64,000 nt of DNA. Origin: Auanema rhodensis (lineage: Eukaryota; Animalia; Nematoda). How positions within the stretch are numbered: the stretch's first letter is position 1; the number at the start of each line of letters is the position of its first letter. Below are positions 27,701 through 42,599 of the stretch, in pieces. The notes under the pieces were generated by a model. It was not told the origin of the DNA and ran no database searches. It saw only the letters and a list, made by a program, of their open reading frames with translations. The stretch spans positions 1,178,001 through 1,242,000 of the forward strand of contig OZ059900.1 in NCBI GenBank assembly GCA_964057225.1. Reading direction: 5' to 3'. The position numbers and the translations under genes are program-made.

Positions 27701-29041
27701 ATTTATTCATTTTGATCAAAAAAGGTCGAAAATAGAAAGAATTTTTGAAATTTACGAGTTTTGAGTCTAATTTGGCTAAATCGCTCATATATATGATCAG
27801 AAGCATAGTTTTATTGTCTATGACAACAAAAGTCATTAATTAAACACTAATGATGTTTAAATACTGATTTTCGCTCAAATAGCATTACTACACTAAGTAT
27901 GGTCGTTTTTATACCTTCAACACCAGATACTCACCGATTTTTGGTACAAAATCTGTGATACTCGTAAATTTCGATCATATTCGTTAAGATTTGAGAATCA
28001 AACACACAATACACGAAATGAGTTTATTTTCACGAGTTTGCACTGATATTTATTCATTTTGATCAAAAAAGGTCGAAAATAGAAAGAATTTTTGAATTTT
28101 CCGAGTTTTGAGTCCAATTGGGCTAAATCGCTCATATATATGATCAAAAGCATAGTTTTACTGTCTATGATAACAAAAGTCTTCAAATATACACTAGTAA
28201 TGATTAAATCACTGAATTTCACTCAAATAGCATTACTATACTAAGTATGGTCGTTTTTATGCCTTTAACACCATATACTCACCGATTTTTGGTACAAAAT
28301 CTGTAATACTTGTAAATTTCGATCATATTCGTTAAGATTTGAGAATCAAACACATAATACACGAAATAAGTCTATTTTTACAAGTTTGCACTGATATTTA
28401 TTCATTTTGATCAAAAAAGGTTGAAAATAGAAAGAATTTTTGAAATTTCCGAGTTTTGAGTCCAATTTGGCTAAATCGCTCATATATATGATCAAAAGCA
28501 TAGTTTTACTGTCTATGATAACAAAAGTCTTCAAATATACACTAGTAATGATTAAATCACTGAATTTCACTCAAATAGCATTACTATAGTAAGTATGGTC
28601 GTTTTTATGCCTTTAACACCATATACTCACCGATTTTTGGTACAAAATCTGTAATACTCGTAAATTTTGATCATATTCGTTAAGATTTGAGAATCAAACA
28701 TACAATACACGAAATCAGTCTATTTTTATGAGCTTGCACTGATATATATTCATTTTGATCAAAAAAGGTCGAAAATAGAAAGAATTTTTGAAATTTACGA
28801 GTTTTGAGTCTAATTTGGCTAAATCGCTCATATATATGATCAGAAGCATAGTTTTATTGTCTATGACAACAAAAGTCATTAATTAAACACTAATAATGTT
28901 TAAATCACTAAATTTCGCTCAAATAGCATTACTACACTAAGTATGGTCGTTTTTATGCCTTTAACACCATATACTCACCGATTTTTGGTACAAAATCTGT
29001 AATACTTGTAAATTTTGATCATATTCGTTAAGATTCGAGAA

Positions 29042-31125
29042 TCAAACACATAATACACGAAAGAAGTCTATTTTTATGAGTTTGCACTGATATTTATTCA
29101 TTTTGATCAAAAAAGGTCGAAAATAGAAAGAAGTTTTGAAATTTCCGAGTTTTGAGTCTAATTTGGCTAAATCGCTCATATATATGATCAGAAGCATAGT
29201 TTTATTGTCTATGACAACAAAAATCATCAATTAAACGCTAGTGATGTTTAAATACTGATTTTCGCTCAAATAGCATTACTACACTAAGTATGGTCGTTTT
29301 TATGCCTTTAACACCATATACTCACCGATTTTTGGTACAAAATCTGTAATACTCGTAAATTTTGATCATATTTGTTAAGATTTGAGAATCAAACATACAA
29401 TACACAAAATCAGTCTATTTTTATGAGCTTGCACTGATATATATTCATTTTGATCAAAAAAGGTCGAAAATAGAAAGATTTTTTGAATTTTCCGAGTTTT
29501 GAGTCCAATTGGGCTAAATCGCTCATATATATGATCAAAAGCATAGTTTTACTGTCTATGATAACAAAAGTCTTCAAATATACACTAATAATGTGTAAAT
29601 CACTGAATTTCACTCAAATAGCTTTACTACACTAAGTATGGTCGTTTTTATGCCTTTAACACCATATACTCACCGATTTTTGGTACAAAATCTGTAATAC
29701 TCGTAAATTTTGATCATATTCGTTAAGATTTGAGAATCAAACATACAATACACGAAATCAGTCTATTTTTATGAGCTTGCACTGATATATATTCATTTTG
29801 ATCAAAAAAGGTCGAAAATAGAAAGAATTTTTGAAATTTACGAGTTTTGAGTCTAATTTGGCTAAATCGCTCATATATATGATCAGAAGCATAGTTTTAT
29901 TGTCTATGACAACAAAAATCATCAATTAAACGCTAGTGATGTTTAAATACTGATTTTCGCTCAAATAGCATTACTACACTAAGTATGGTCGTTTTTATGC
30001 CTTTAACACCATATACTCACCGATTTTTGGTACAAAATCTGTAATACTTGTAAATTTTGATCATATTCGTTAAGATTCGAGAATCAAACACATAATACAC
30101 GAAAGAAGTCTATTTTTATGAGTTTGCACTGATATTTATTCATTTTGATCAAAAAAGGTCGAAAATAGAAAGAAGTTTTGAAATTTCCGAGGTTTGAGTC
30201 TAATTTGGCTAAATCGCTCATATATATGATCAGAAGCATAGTTTTATTGTCTATGACAACAAAAATCATCAATTAAACGCTAGTGATGTTTAAATACTGA
30301 TTTTCGCTCAAATAGCATTACTACACTAAGTATGGTCGTTTTTATGCCTTTAACACCATATACTCACCGATTTTTGGTACAAAATCTATAATACTCGTAA
30401 ATTTTGATCATATTCGTTAAGATTTGAGAATCAAACATACAATACACAAAATCAGTCTATTTTTATGAGCTTGCACTGATATATATTCATTTTGATCAAA
30501 AAAGGTCGAAAATAGAAAGATTTTTTGAATTTTCCGAGTTTTGAGTCCAATTGGGCTAAATCGCTCATATATATGATCAAAAGCATAGTTTTACTGTCTA
30601 TGATAACAAAAGTCTTCAAATATACACTAATAATGTGTAAATCACTGAATTTCACTCAAATAGCTTTACTACACTAAGTATGGTCGTTTTTATGCCTTTA
30701 ACACCATATACTCACCGATTTTTGGTACAAAATCTGTAATACTCGTAAATTTTGATCATATTCGTTAAGATTTGAGAATCAAACATACAATACACAAAAT
30801 CAGTCTATTTTTATGAGCTTGCACTGATATATATTCATTTTGATCAAAAAAGGTCGAAAATAGAAAGAAGTTTTGAAATTTCCGAGTTTTGAGTCTAATT
30901 TGGCTAAATCGCTCATATATATGATCAGAAGCATAGTTTTATTGTCTATGACAACAAAAATCATCAATTAAACGCTAGTGATGTTTAAATACTGATTTTC
31001 GCTCAAATAGCATTACTACACTAAGTATGGTCGTTTTTATGCCTTTAACACCATATACTCACCGATTTTTGGTACAAAATCTGTAATACTTGTAAATTTT
31101 GATCATATTCGTTAAGATTCGAGAA
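29042..31125. repeat. 3-monomer HOR (1042 bp x2)
   Basis: ORF barcodes at 29042/30084 and 29410/30452 are offset by 1042 and share the AAAGAAG and GAAGTTTT markers. Confidence 0.75.
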
Positions 31126-33905
31126 TCAAACACATAATACACGAAATAAGTCTATTTTTACAAGTTTGCACTGATATTTATTCATTTTGATCAAAAAAGA
31201 TCGAAAATAGAAAGAATTTTTGAAATTTCCGAGTTTTGAGTCCAATTTGGCTAAATCGCTCATATATATGATCAAAAGCATAGTTTTATTGTCTATAACA
31301 ACAAAAGTCATCAATTAAACGCTAGTGATGTTTTAATACTGAATTTCGCTCAAATAGCATTACTACACTAAGTATGGTCGTTTTTATGCCTTTAACACCA
31401 TATACTCACCGATTTTTGGTACAAAATCTGTGATACTCGTAAATTTCGATCATATTCGGTGAGATTCGAGAATCAAACACACAATACACGAAATAAGTTT
31501 ATTTTGACGAGTTTGCACTGATATTTATTCATTTTGATCAAAAAAGGTCGAAAATAGAAAGATTTTTTGAAATTTCCGAGTTTTGAGTCTAATTTGGCTA
31601 AATCGCTCATATATATGATCAGAAGCATAGTTTTATTGTCTATGACAACAAAAGTCATTAATTAAACACTAATGATGTTTAAATACTGATTTTCGCTCAA
31701 ATAGCATTACTACACTAAGTATGGTCGTTTTTATACCTTCAACACCATATACTCACCGATTTTTGGTACAAAATCTGTGATACTCGTAAATTTCGATCAT
31801 ATTCGTTAAGATTTGAGAATCAAACACACAATACACGAAATGAGTTTATTTTCACGAGTTTGCACTGATATTTATTCATTTTGATCAAAAAAGGTCGAAA
31901 ATAGAAAGAATTTTTGAATTTTCCGAGTTTTGAGTCCAATTGGGCTAAATCGCTCATATATATGATCAAAAGCATAGTTTTACTGTCTATGATAACAAAA
32001 GTCTTCAAATATACACTAGTAATGATTAAATCACTGAATTTCACTCAAATAGCATTACTATACTAAGTATGGTCGTTTTTATGCCTTTAACACCATATAC
32101 TCACCGATTTTTGGTACAAAATCTGTAATACTTGTAAATTTCGATCATATTCGTTAAGATTTGAGAATCAAACACATAATACACGAAATAAGTCTATTTT
32201 TACAAGTTTGCACTGATATTTATTCATTTTGATCAAAAAAGGTCGAAAATAGAAAGAATTTTTGAAATTTCCGAGTTTTGAGTCCAATTTGGCTAAATCG
32301 CTCATATATATGATCAAAAGCATAGTTCTATTGTCTATAACAACAAAAGTCTTCAATTAAACGCTAGTGATGTTTTAATACTGAATTTCGCTCAAATAGC
32401 ATTACTACACTAAGTATGGTCGTTTTTATGCCTTTAACACCATATACTCACCGATTTTTGGTACAAAATCTGTAATACTCGTAAATTTTGATCATATTCG
32501 TTAAGATTTGAGAATCAAACATACAATACACGAAATCAGTCTATTTTTATGAGCTTGCACTGATATATATTCATTTTGATCAAAAAAGGTCGAAAATAGA
32601 AAGAATTTTTGAAATTTACGAGTTTTGAGTCTAATTTGGCTAAATCGCTCATATATATGATCAGAAGCATAGTTTTATTGTCTATGACAACAAAAGTCAT
32701 TAATTAAACACTAATAATGTTTAAATCACTAAATTTCGCTCAAATAGCATTACTACACTAAGTATGGTCGTTTTTATGCCTTTAACACCATATACTCACC
32801 GATTTTTGGTACAAAATCTGTAATACTTGTAAATTTTGATCATATTCGTTAAGATTCGAGAATCAAACACATAATACACGAAAGAAGTCTATTTTTATGA
32901 GTTTGCACTGATATTTATTCATTTTGATCAAAAAAGGTCGAAAATAGAAAGAATTTTTGAAATTTCCGAGTTTTGAGTCTAATTTGGCTAAATCGCTCAT
33001 ATATATGATCAGAAGCATAGTTTTATTGTCTATGACAACAAAAGTCATTAATTGAACACTAATGATGTTTAAATCACTGAATTTCACTCAAATAGCATTA
33101 CTACACTAAGTATGGTCGTTTTTATGCCTTTAACACCATATACTCACCGATTTTTGGTACAAAATCTGTAATACTTGTAAATTTCGATCATATTCGTTAA
33201 GATTTGAGAATCAAACACATAATACACGAAATAAGTCTATTTTTACAAGTTTGCACTGATATTTATTCATTTTGATCAAAAAAGGTCGAAAATAGAAAGA
33301 AGTTTTGAAATTTCCGAGTTTTGAGTCTAATTTGGCTAAATCGCTCATATATATGATCAAAAGCATAGTTTTATTGTCTATAACAACAAAAGTCATCAAT
33401 TAAACGCTAGTGATGTTTTAATACTGAATTTCGCTCAAATAGCATTACTACACTAAGTATGGTCGTTTTTATGCCTTTAACACCATATACTCACCGATTT
33501 TTGGTACAAAATCTGTGATACTCGTAAATTTTGATCATATTCGGTGAGATTCGAGAATCAAACACACAATACACGAAATAAGTTTATTTTGACGAGTTTG
33601 CACTGATATTTATTCATTTTGATCAAAAAAGGTCGAAAATAGAAAGATTTTTTGAAATTTCCGAGTTTTGAGTCTAATTTGGCTAAATCGCTCATATATA
33701 TGATCAGAAGCAGAGATGTATTGTCTATGACAACAAAAGTCATTGATTGAACACTAATGATGTTTAAATCACTGAATTTCGCTCAAATAGCATTACTACA
33801 CTAAGGATGGTCGTTTTTATGCCTTTAACACCATATACTCACCGATTTTTGGTACAAAATCTGTAATACTTGTAAATTTCGATCATATTCGTTAAGATTT
33901 GAGAA

Positions 33906-36900
33906 TCAAACACATAATACACGAAAGAAGTCTATTTTTATGAGTTTGCACTGATATTTATTCATTTTGATCAAAAAAGGTCGAAAATAGAAAGAATTTT
34001 TGAAATTTCCGAGTTTTGAGTCTAATTTGGCTAAATCGCTCATATATATGATCAGAAGCATAGTTTTATTGTCTATGACAACAAAAGTCATTAATTGAAC
34101 ACTAATGATGTTTAAATCACTGAATTTCACTCAAATAGCATTACTACACTAAGTATGGTCGTTTTTATGCCTTTAACACCATATACTCACCGATTTTTGG
34201 TACAAAATCTGTAATACTTGTAAATTTCGATCATATTCGTTAAGATTTGAGAATCAAACACATAATACACGAAATAAGTCTATTTTTACAAGTTTGCACT
34301 GATATTTATTCATTTTGATCAAAAAAGGTCGAAAATAGAAAGAAGTTTTGAAATTTCCGAGTTTTGAGTCTAATTTGGCTAAATCGCTCATATATATGAT
34401 CAAAAGCATAGTTTTATTGTCTATAACAACAAAAGTCATCAATTAAACGCTAGTGATGTTTTAATACTGAATTTCGCTCAAATAGCATTACTACACTAAG
34501 TATGGTCGTTTTTATGCCTTTAACACCATATACTCACCGATTTTTGGTACAAAATCTGTGATACTCGTAAATTTTGATCATATTCGGTGAGATTCGAGAA
34601 TCAAACACACAATACACGAAATAAGTTTATTTTGACGAGTTTGCACTGATATTTATTCATTTTGATCAAAAAAGGTCGAAAATAGAAAGATTTTTTGAAA
34701 TTTCCGAGTTTTGAGTCTAATTTGGCTAAATCGCTCATATATATGATCAGAAGCAGAGATGTATTGTCTATGACAACAAAAGTCATTGATTGAACACTAA
34801 TGATGTTTAAATCACTGAATTTCGCTCAAATAGCATTACTACACTAAGGATGGTCGTTTTTATGCCTTTAACACCATATACTCACCGATTTTTGGTACAA
34901 AATCTGTAATACTTGTAAATTTCGATCATATTCGTTAAGATTTGAGAATCAAACACATAATACACGAAATAAGTCTATTTTTACAAGTTTGCACTGATAT
35001 TTATTCATTTTGATCAAAAAAGGTCGAAAATATAAAGAATTTTTGAAATTTCCGAGTTTTGAGTCCAATTTGGCTAAATCGCTCATATATATGATCAAAA
35101 GCATAGTTCTATTGTCTATAACAACAAAAGTCTTCAATTAAACGCTAGTGATGTTTTAATACTGAATTTCGCTCAAATAGCATTACTACACTAAGTATGG
35201 TCGTTTTTATGCCTTTAACACCATATACTCACCGATTTTTGGTACAAAATCTGTAATACTCGTAAATTTTGATCATATTCGTTAAGATTTGAGAATCAAA
35301 CATACAATACACGAAATCAGTCTATTTTTATGAGCTTGCACTGATATATATTCATTTTGATCAAAAAAGGTCGAAAATAGAAAGAATTTTTGAAATTTAC
35401 GAGTTTTGAGTCTAATTTGGCTAAATCGCTCATATATATGATCAGAAGCATAGTTTTATTGTCTATGACAACAAAAGTCATTAATTAAACACTAATAATG
35501 TTTAAATCACTAAATTTCGCTCAAATAGCATTACTACACTAAGTATGGTCGTTTTTATGCCTTTAACACCATATACTCACCGATTTTTGGTACAAAATCT
35601 GTAATACTTGTAAATTTTGATCATATTCGTTAAGATTTGAGAATCAAACACACAATACACGAAATGAGTTTATTTTCACGAGTTTGCACTGATATTTATT
35701 CATTTTGATCAAAAAAGGTCGAAAATAGAAAGAATTTTTGAATTTTCCGAGTTTTGAGTCCAATTGGGCTAAATCGCTCATATATATGATCAAAAGCATA
35801 GTTTTACTGTCTATGATAACAAAAGTCTTCAAATATACACTAGTAATGATTAAATCACTGAATTTCACTCAAATAGCATTACTATACTAAGTATGGTCGT
35901 TTTTATGCCTTTAACACCATATACTCACCGATTTTTGGTACAAAATCTGTAATACTTGTAAATTTCGATCATATTCGTTAAGATTTGAGAATCAAACACA
36001 TAATACACGAAATAAGTCTATTTTTACAAGTTTGCACTGATATTTATTCATTTTGATCAAAAAAGGTCGAAAATAGAAAGAATTTTTGAAATTTCCGAGT
36101 TTTGAGTCTAATTTGGCTAAATCGCTCATATATATGATCAGAAGCATAGTTTTATTGTCTATGACAACAAAAGTCATTAATTAAACACTAATAATGTTTA
36201 AATCACTAAATTTCGCTCAAATAGCATTACTACACTAAGTATGGTCGTTTTTATGCCTTTAACACCATATACTCACCGATTTTTGGTACAAAATCTGTAA
36301 TACTTGTAAATTTTGATCATATTCGTTAAGATTCGAGAATCAAACACATAATACACGAAAGAAGTCTATTTTTATGAGTTTGCACTGATATTTATTCATT
36401 TTGATCAAAAAAGGTCGAAAATAGAAAGAATTTTTGAAATTTCCGAGTTTTGAGTCTAATTTGGCTAAATCGCTCATATATATGATCAGAAGCATAGTTT
36501 TATTGTCTATGACAACAAAAGTCATTAATTGAACACTAATGATGTTTAAATCACTGAATTTCACTCAAATAGCATTACTACACTAAGTATGGTCGTTTTT
36601 ATGCCTTTAACACCATATACTCACCGATTTTTGGTACAAAATCTGTAATACTTGTAAATTTCGATCATATTCGTTAAGATTTGAGAATCAAACACATAAT
36701 ACACGAAATAAGTCTATTTTTACAAGTTTGCACTGATATTTATTCATTTTGATCAAAAAAGGTCGAAAATAGAAAGAAGTTTTGAAATTTCCGAGTTTTG
36801 AGTCTAATTTGGCTAAATCGCTCATATATATGATCAAAAGCATAGTTTTATTGTCTATAACAACAAAAGTCATCAATTAAACGCTAGTGATGTTTTAATA

Positions 36901-39900
36901 CTGAATTTCGCTCAAATAGCATTACTACACTAAGTATGGTCGTTTTTATGCCTTTAACACCATATACTCACCGATTTTTGGTACAAAATCTGTGATACTC
37001 GTAAATTTTGATCATATTCGGTGAGATTCGAGAATCAAACACACAATACACGAAATAAGTTTATTTTGACGAGTTTGCACTGATATTTATTCATTTTGAT
37101 CAAAAAAGGTCGAAAATAGAAAGATTTTTTGAAATTTCCGAGTTTTGAGTCTAATTTGGCTAAATCGCTCATATATATGATCAGAAGCAGAGATGTATTG
37201 TCTATGACAACAAAAGTCATTGATTGAACACTAATGATGTTTAAATCACTGAATTTCGCTCAAATAGCATTACTACACTAAGGATGGTCGTTTTTATGCC
37301 TTTAACACCATATACTCACCGATTTTTGGTACAAAATCTGTAATACTTGTAAATTTCGATCATATTCGTTAAGATTTGAGAATCAAACACATAATACACG
37401 AAATAAGTCTATTTTTACAAGTTTGCACTGATATTTATTCATTTTGATCAAAAAAGGTCGAAAATATAAAGAATTTTTGAAATTTCCGAGTTTTGAGTCC
37501 AATTTGGCTAAATCGCTCATATATATGATCAAAAGCATAGTTCTATTGTCTATAACAACAAAAGTCTTCAATTAAACGCTAGTGATGTTTTAATACTGAA
37601 TTTCGCTCAAATAGCATTACTACACTAAGTATGGTCGTTTTTATGCCTTTAACACCATATACTCACCGATTTTTGGTACAAAATCTGTAATACTCGTAAA
37701 TTTTGATCATATTCGTTAAGATTTGAGAATCAAACATACAATACACGAAATCAGTCTATTTTTATGAGCTTGCACTGATATATATTCATTTTGATCAAAA
37801 AAGGTCGAAAATAGAAAGAATTTTTGAAATTTACGAGTTTTGAGTCTAATTTGGCTAAATCGCTCATATATATGATCAGAAGCATAGTTTTATTGTCTAT
37901 GACAACAAAAGTCATTAATTAAACACTAATAATGTTTAAATCACTAAATTTCGCTCAAATAGCATTACTACACTAAGTATGGTCGTTTTTATGCCTTTAA
38001 CACCATATACTCACCGATTTTTGGTACAAAATCTGTAATACTTGTAAATTTTGATCATATTCGTTAAGATTTGAGAATCAAACACACAATACACGAAATG
38101 AGTTTATTTTCACGAGTTTGCACTGATATTTATTCATTTTGATCAAAAAAGGTCGAAAATAGAAAGAATTTTTGAATTTTCCGAGTTTTGAGTCCAATTG
38201 GGCTAAATCGCTCATATATATGATCAAAAGCATAGTTTTACTGTCTATGATAACAAAAGTCTTCAAATATACACTAGTAATGATTAAATCACTGAATTTC
38301 ACTCAAATAGCATTACTATACTAAGTATGGTCGTTTTTATGCCTTTAACACCATATACTCACCGATTTTTGGTACAAAATCTGTAATACTTGTAAATTTC
38401 GATCATATTTGTTAAGATTTGAGAATCAAACACATAATACACGGAATAAGTCTATTTTTACAAGTTTGCACTGATATTTATTCATTTTGATCAAAAAAGG
38501 TCGAAAATAGAAAGAATTTTTGAAATTTCCGAGTTTTGAGTCTAATTTGGCTAAATCGCTCATATATATGATCAGAAGCATAGTTTTATTGTCTATGACA
38601 ACAAAAGTCATTAATTAAACACTAATAATGTTTAAATCACTAAATTTCGCTCAAATAGCATTACTACACTAAGTATGGTCGTTTTTATGCCTTTAACACC
38701 ATATACTCACCGATTTTTGGTACAAAATCTGTAATACTTGTAAATTTTGATCATATTCGTTAAGATTCGAGAATCAAACACATAATACACGAAAGAAGTC
38801 TATTTTTATGAGTTTGCACTGATATTTATTCATTTTGATCAAAAAAGGTCGAAAATAGAAAGAATTTTTGAAATTTCCGAGTTTTGAGTCTAATTTGGCT
38901 AAATCGCTCATATATATGATCAGAAGCATAGTTTTATTGTCTATGACAACAAAAGTCATTAATTGAACACTAATGATGTTTAAATCACTGAATTTCACTC
39001 AAATAGCATTACTACACTAAGTATGGTCGTTTTTATGCCTTTAACACCATATACTCACCGATTTTTGGTACAAAATCTGTAATACTTGTAAATTTCGATC
39101 ATATTCGTTAAGATTTGAGAATCAAACACATAATACACGAAATAAGTCTATTTTTACAAGTTTGCACTGATATATATTCATTTTGATCAAAAAAGGTCGA
39201 AAATAGAAAGAATTTTTGAAATTTACGAGTTTTGAGTCTAATTTGGCTAAATCGCTCATATATATGATCAGAAGCATAGTTTTATTGTCTATGACAACAA
39301 AAGTCATTAATTAAACACTAATAATGTTTAAATCACTAAATTTCGCTCAAATAGCATTACTACACTAAGTATGGTCGTTTTTATGCCTTTAACACCATAT
39401 ACTCACCGATTTTTGGTACAAAATCTGTAATACTCGTAAATTTTGATCATATTCGTTAAGATTTGAGAATCAAACATACAATACACGAAATCAGTCTATT
39501 TTTATGAGCTTGCACTGATATATATTCATTTTGATCAAAAAAGGTCGAAAATAGAAAGAATTTTTGAAATTTACGAGTTTTGAGTCTAATTTGGCTAAAT
39601 CGCTCATATATATGATCAGAAGCATAGTTTTATTGTCTATGACAACAAAAGTCATTAATTAAACACTAATAATGTTTAAATCACTAAATTTCGCTCAAAT
39701 AGCATTACTACACTAAGTATGGTCGTTTTTATGCCTTTAACACCATATACTCACCGATTTTTGGTACAAAATCTGTAATACTCGTAAATTTTGATCATAT
39801 TCGTTAAGATTTGAGAATCAAACATACAATACACGAAATCAGTCTATTTTTATGAGCTTGCACTGATATATATTCATTTTGATCAAAAAAGGTCGAAAAT

Positions 39901-42599
39901 AGAAAGAATTTTTGAAATTTACGAGTTTTGAGTCTAATTTGGCTAAATCGCTCATATATATGATCAGAAGCATAGTTTTATTGTCTATGACAACAAAAGT
40001 CATTAATTAAACACTAATAATGTTTAAATCACTAAATTTCGCTCAAATAGCATTACTACACTAAGTATGGTCGTTTTTATGCCTTTAACACCATATACTC
40101 ACCGATTTTTGGTACAAAATCTGTAATACTTGTAAATTTTGATCATATTCGTTAAGATTCGAGAATCAAACACATAATACACGAAAGAAGTCTATTTTTA
40201 TGAGTTTGCACTGATATTTATTCATTTTGATCAAAAAAGGTCGAAAATAGAAAGAATTTTTGAAATTTCCGAGTTTTGAGTCTAATTTGGCTAAATCGCT
40301 CATATATATGATCAGAAGCATAGTTTTATTGTCTATGACAACAAAAGTCATTAATTGAACACTAATGATGTTTAAATCACTGAATTTCACTCAAATAGCA
40401 TTACTACACTAAGTATGGTCGTTTTTATGCCTTTAACACCATATACTCACCGATTTTTGGTACAAAATCTGTAATACTTGTAAATTTCGATCATATTCGT
40501 TAAGATTTGAGAATCAAACACATAATACACGAAATAAGTCTATTTTTACAAGTTTGCACTGATATTTATTCATTTTGATCAAAAAAGGTCGAAAATAGAA
40601 AGAAGTTTTGAAATTTCCGAGTTTTGAGTCTAATTTGGCTAAATCGCTCATATATATGATCAAAAGCATAGTTTTATTGTCTATAACAACAAAAGTCATC
40701 AATTAAACGCTAGTGATGTTTTAATACTGAATTTCGCTCAAATAGCATTACTACACTAAGTATGGTCGTTTTTATGCCTTTAACACCATATACTCACCGA
40801 TTTTTGGTACAAAATCTGTGATACTCGTAAATTTTGATCATATTCGGTGAGATTCGAGAATCAAACACACAATACACGAAATAAGTTTATTTTGACGAGT
40901 TTGCACTGATATTTATTCATTTTGATCAAAAAAGGTCGAAAATAGAAAGATTTTTTGAAATTTCCGAGTTTTGAGTCTAATTTGGCTAAATCGCTCATAT
41001 ATATGATCAGAAGCAGAGATGTATTGTCTATGACAACAAAAGTCATTGATTGAACACTAATGATGTTTAAATCACTGAATTTCGCTCAAATAGCATTACT
41101 ACACTAAGGATGGTCGTTTTTATGCCTTTAACACCATATACTCACCGATTTTTGGTACAAAATCTGTAATACTTGTAAATTTCGATCATATTCGTTAAGA
41201 TTTGAGAATCAAACACATAATACACGAAATAAGTCTATTTTTACAAGTTTGCACTGATATTTATTCATTTTGATCAAAAAAGGTCGAAAATATAAAGAAT
41301 TTTTGAAATTTCCGAGTTTTGAGTCCAATTTGGCTAAATCGCTCATATATATGATCAAAAGCATAGTTCTATTGTCTATAACAACAAAAGTCTTCAATTA
41401 AACGCTAGTGATGTTTTAATACTGAATTTCGCTCAAATAGCATTACTACACTAAGTATGGTCGTTTTTATGCCTTTAACACCATATACTCACCGATTTTT
41501 GGTACAAAATCTGTAATACTCGTAAATTTTGATCATATTCGTTAAGATTTGAGAATCAAACAAACAATACACGAAATCAGTCTATTTTTATGAGCTTGCA
41601 CTGATATATATTCATTTTGATCAAAAAAGGTCGAAAATAGAAAGAATTTTTGAAATTTACGAGTTTTGAGTCTAATTTGGCTAAATCGCTCATATATATG
41701 ATCAGAAGCATAGTTTTATTGTCTATGACAACAAAAGTCATTAATTAAACACTAATAATGTTTAAATCACTAAATTTCGCTCAAATAGCATTACTACACT
41801 AAGTATGGTCGTTTTTATGCCTTTAACACCATATACTCACCGATTTTTGGTACAAAATCTGTAATACTTGTAAATTTTGATCATATTCGTTAAGATTTGA
41901 GAATCAAACACACAATACACGAAATGAGTTTATTTTCACGAGTTTGCACTGATATTTATTCATTTTGATCAAAAAAGGTCGAAAATAGAAAGAATTTTTG
42001 AATTTTCCGAGTTTTGAGTCCAATTGGGCTAAATCGCTCATATATATGATCAAAAGCATAGTTTTACTGTCTATGATAACAAAAGTCTTCAAATATACAC
42101 TAGTAATGATTAAATCACTGAATTTCACTCAAATAGCATTACTATACTAAGTATGGTCGTTTTTATGCCTTTAACACCATATACTCACCGATTTTTGGTA
42201 CAAAATCTGTAATACTTGTAAATTTCGATCATATTCGTTAAGATTTGAGAATCAAACACATAATACACGAAATAAGTCTATTTTTACAAGTTTGCACTGA
42301 TATTTATTCATTTTGATCAAAAAAGGTCGAAAATAGAAAGAATTTTTGAAATTTCCGAGTTTTGAGTCTAATTTGGCTAAATCGCTCATATATATGATCA
42401 GAAGCATAGTTTTATTGTCTATGACAACAAAAGTCATTAATTAAACACTAATAATGTTTAAATCACTAAATTTCGCTCAAATAGCATTACTACACTAAGT
42501 ATGGTCGTTTTTATGCCTTTAACACCATATACTCACCGATTTTTGGTACAAAATCTGTAATACTTGTAAATTTTGATCATATTCGTTAAGATTCGAGAA
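33906..42599. repeat. 7-monomer HOR (2434 bp), three copies with a 4-monomer interruption
   Basis: Copies lie at 33906-36339, 36340-38773 and 40166-42599. The rare TATAAAG marker occurs at about 35031, 37465 and 41291. The interruption at 38774-40165 equals 4x348 bp. Confidence 0.9.
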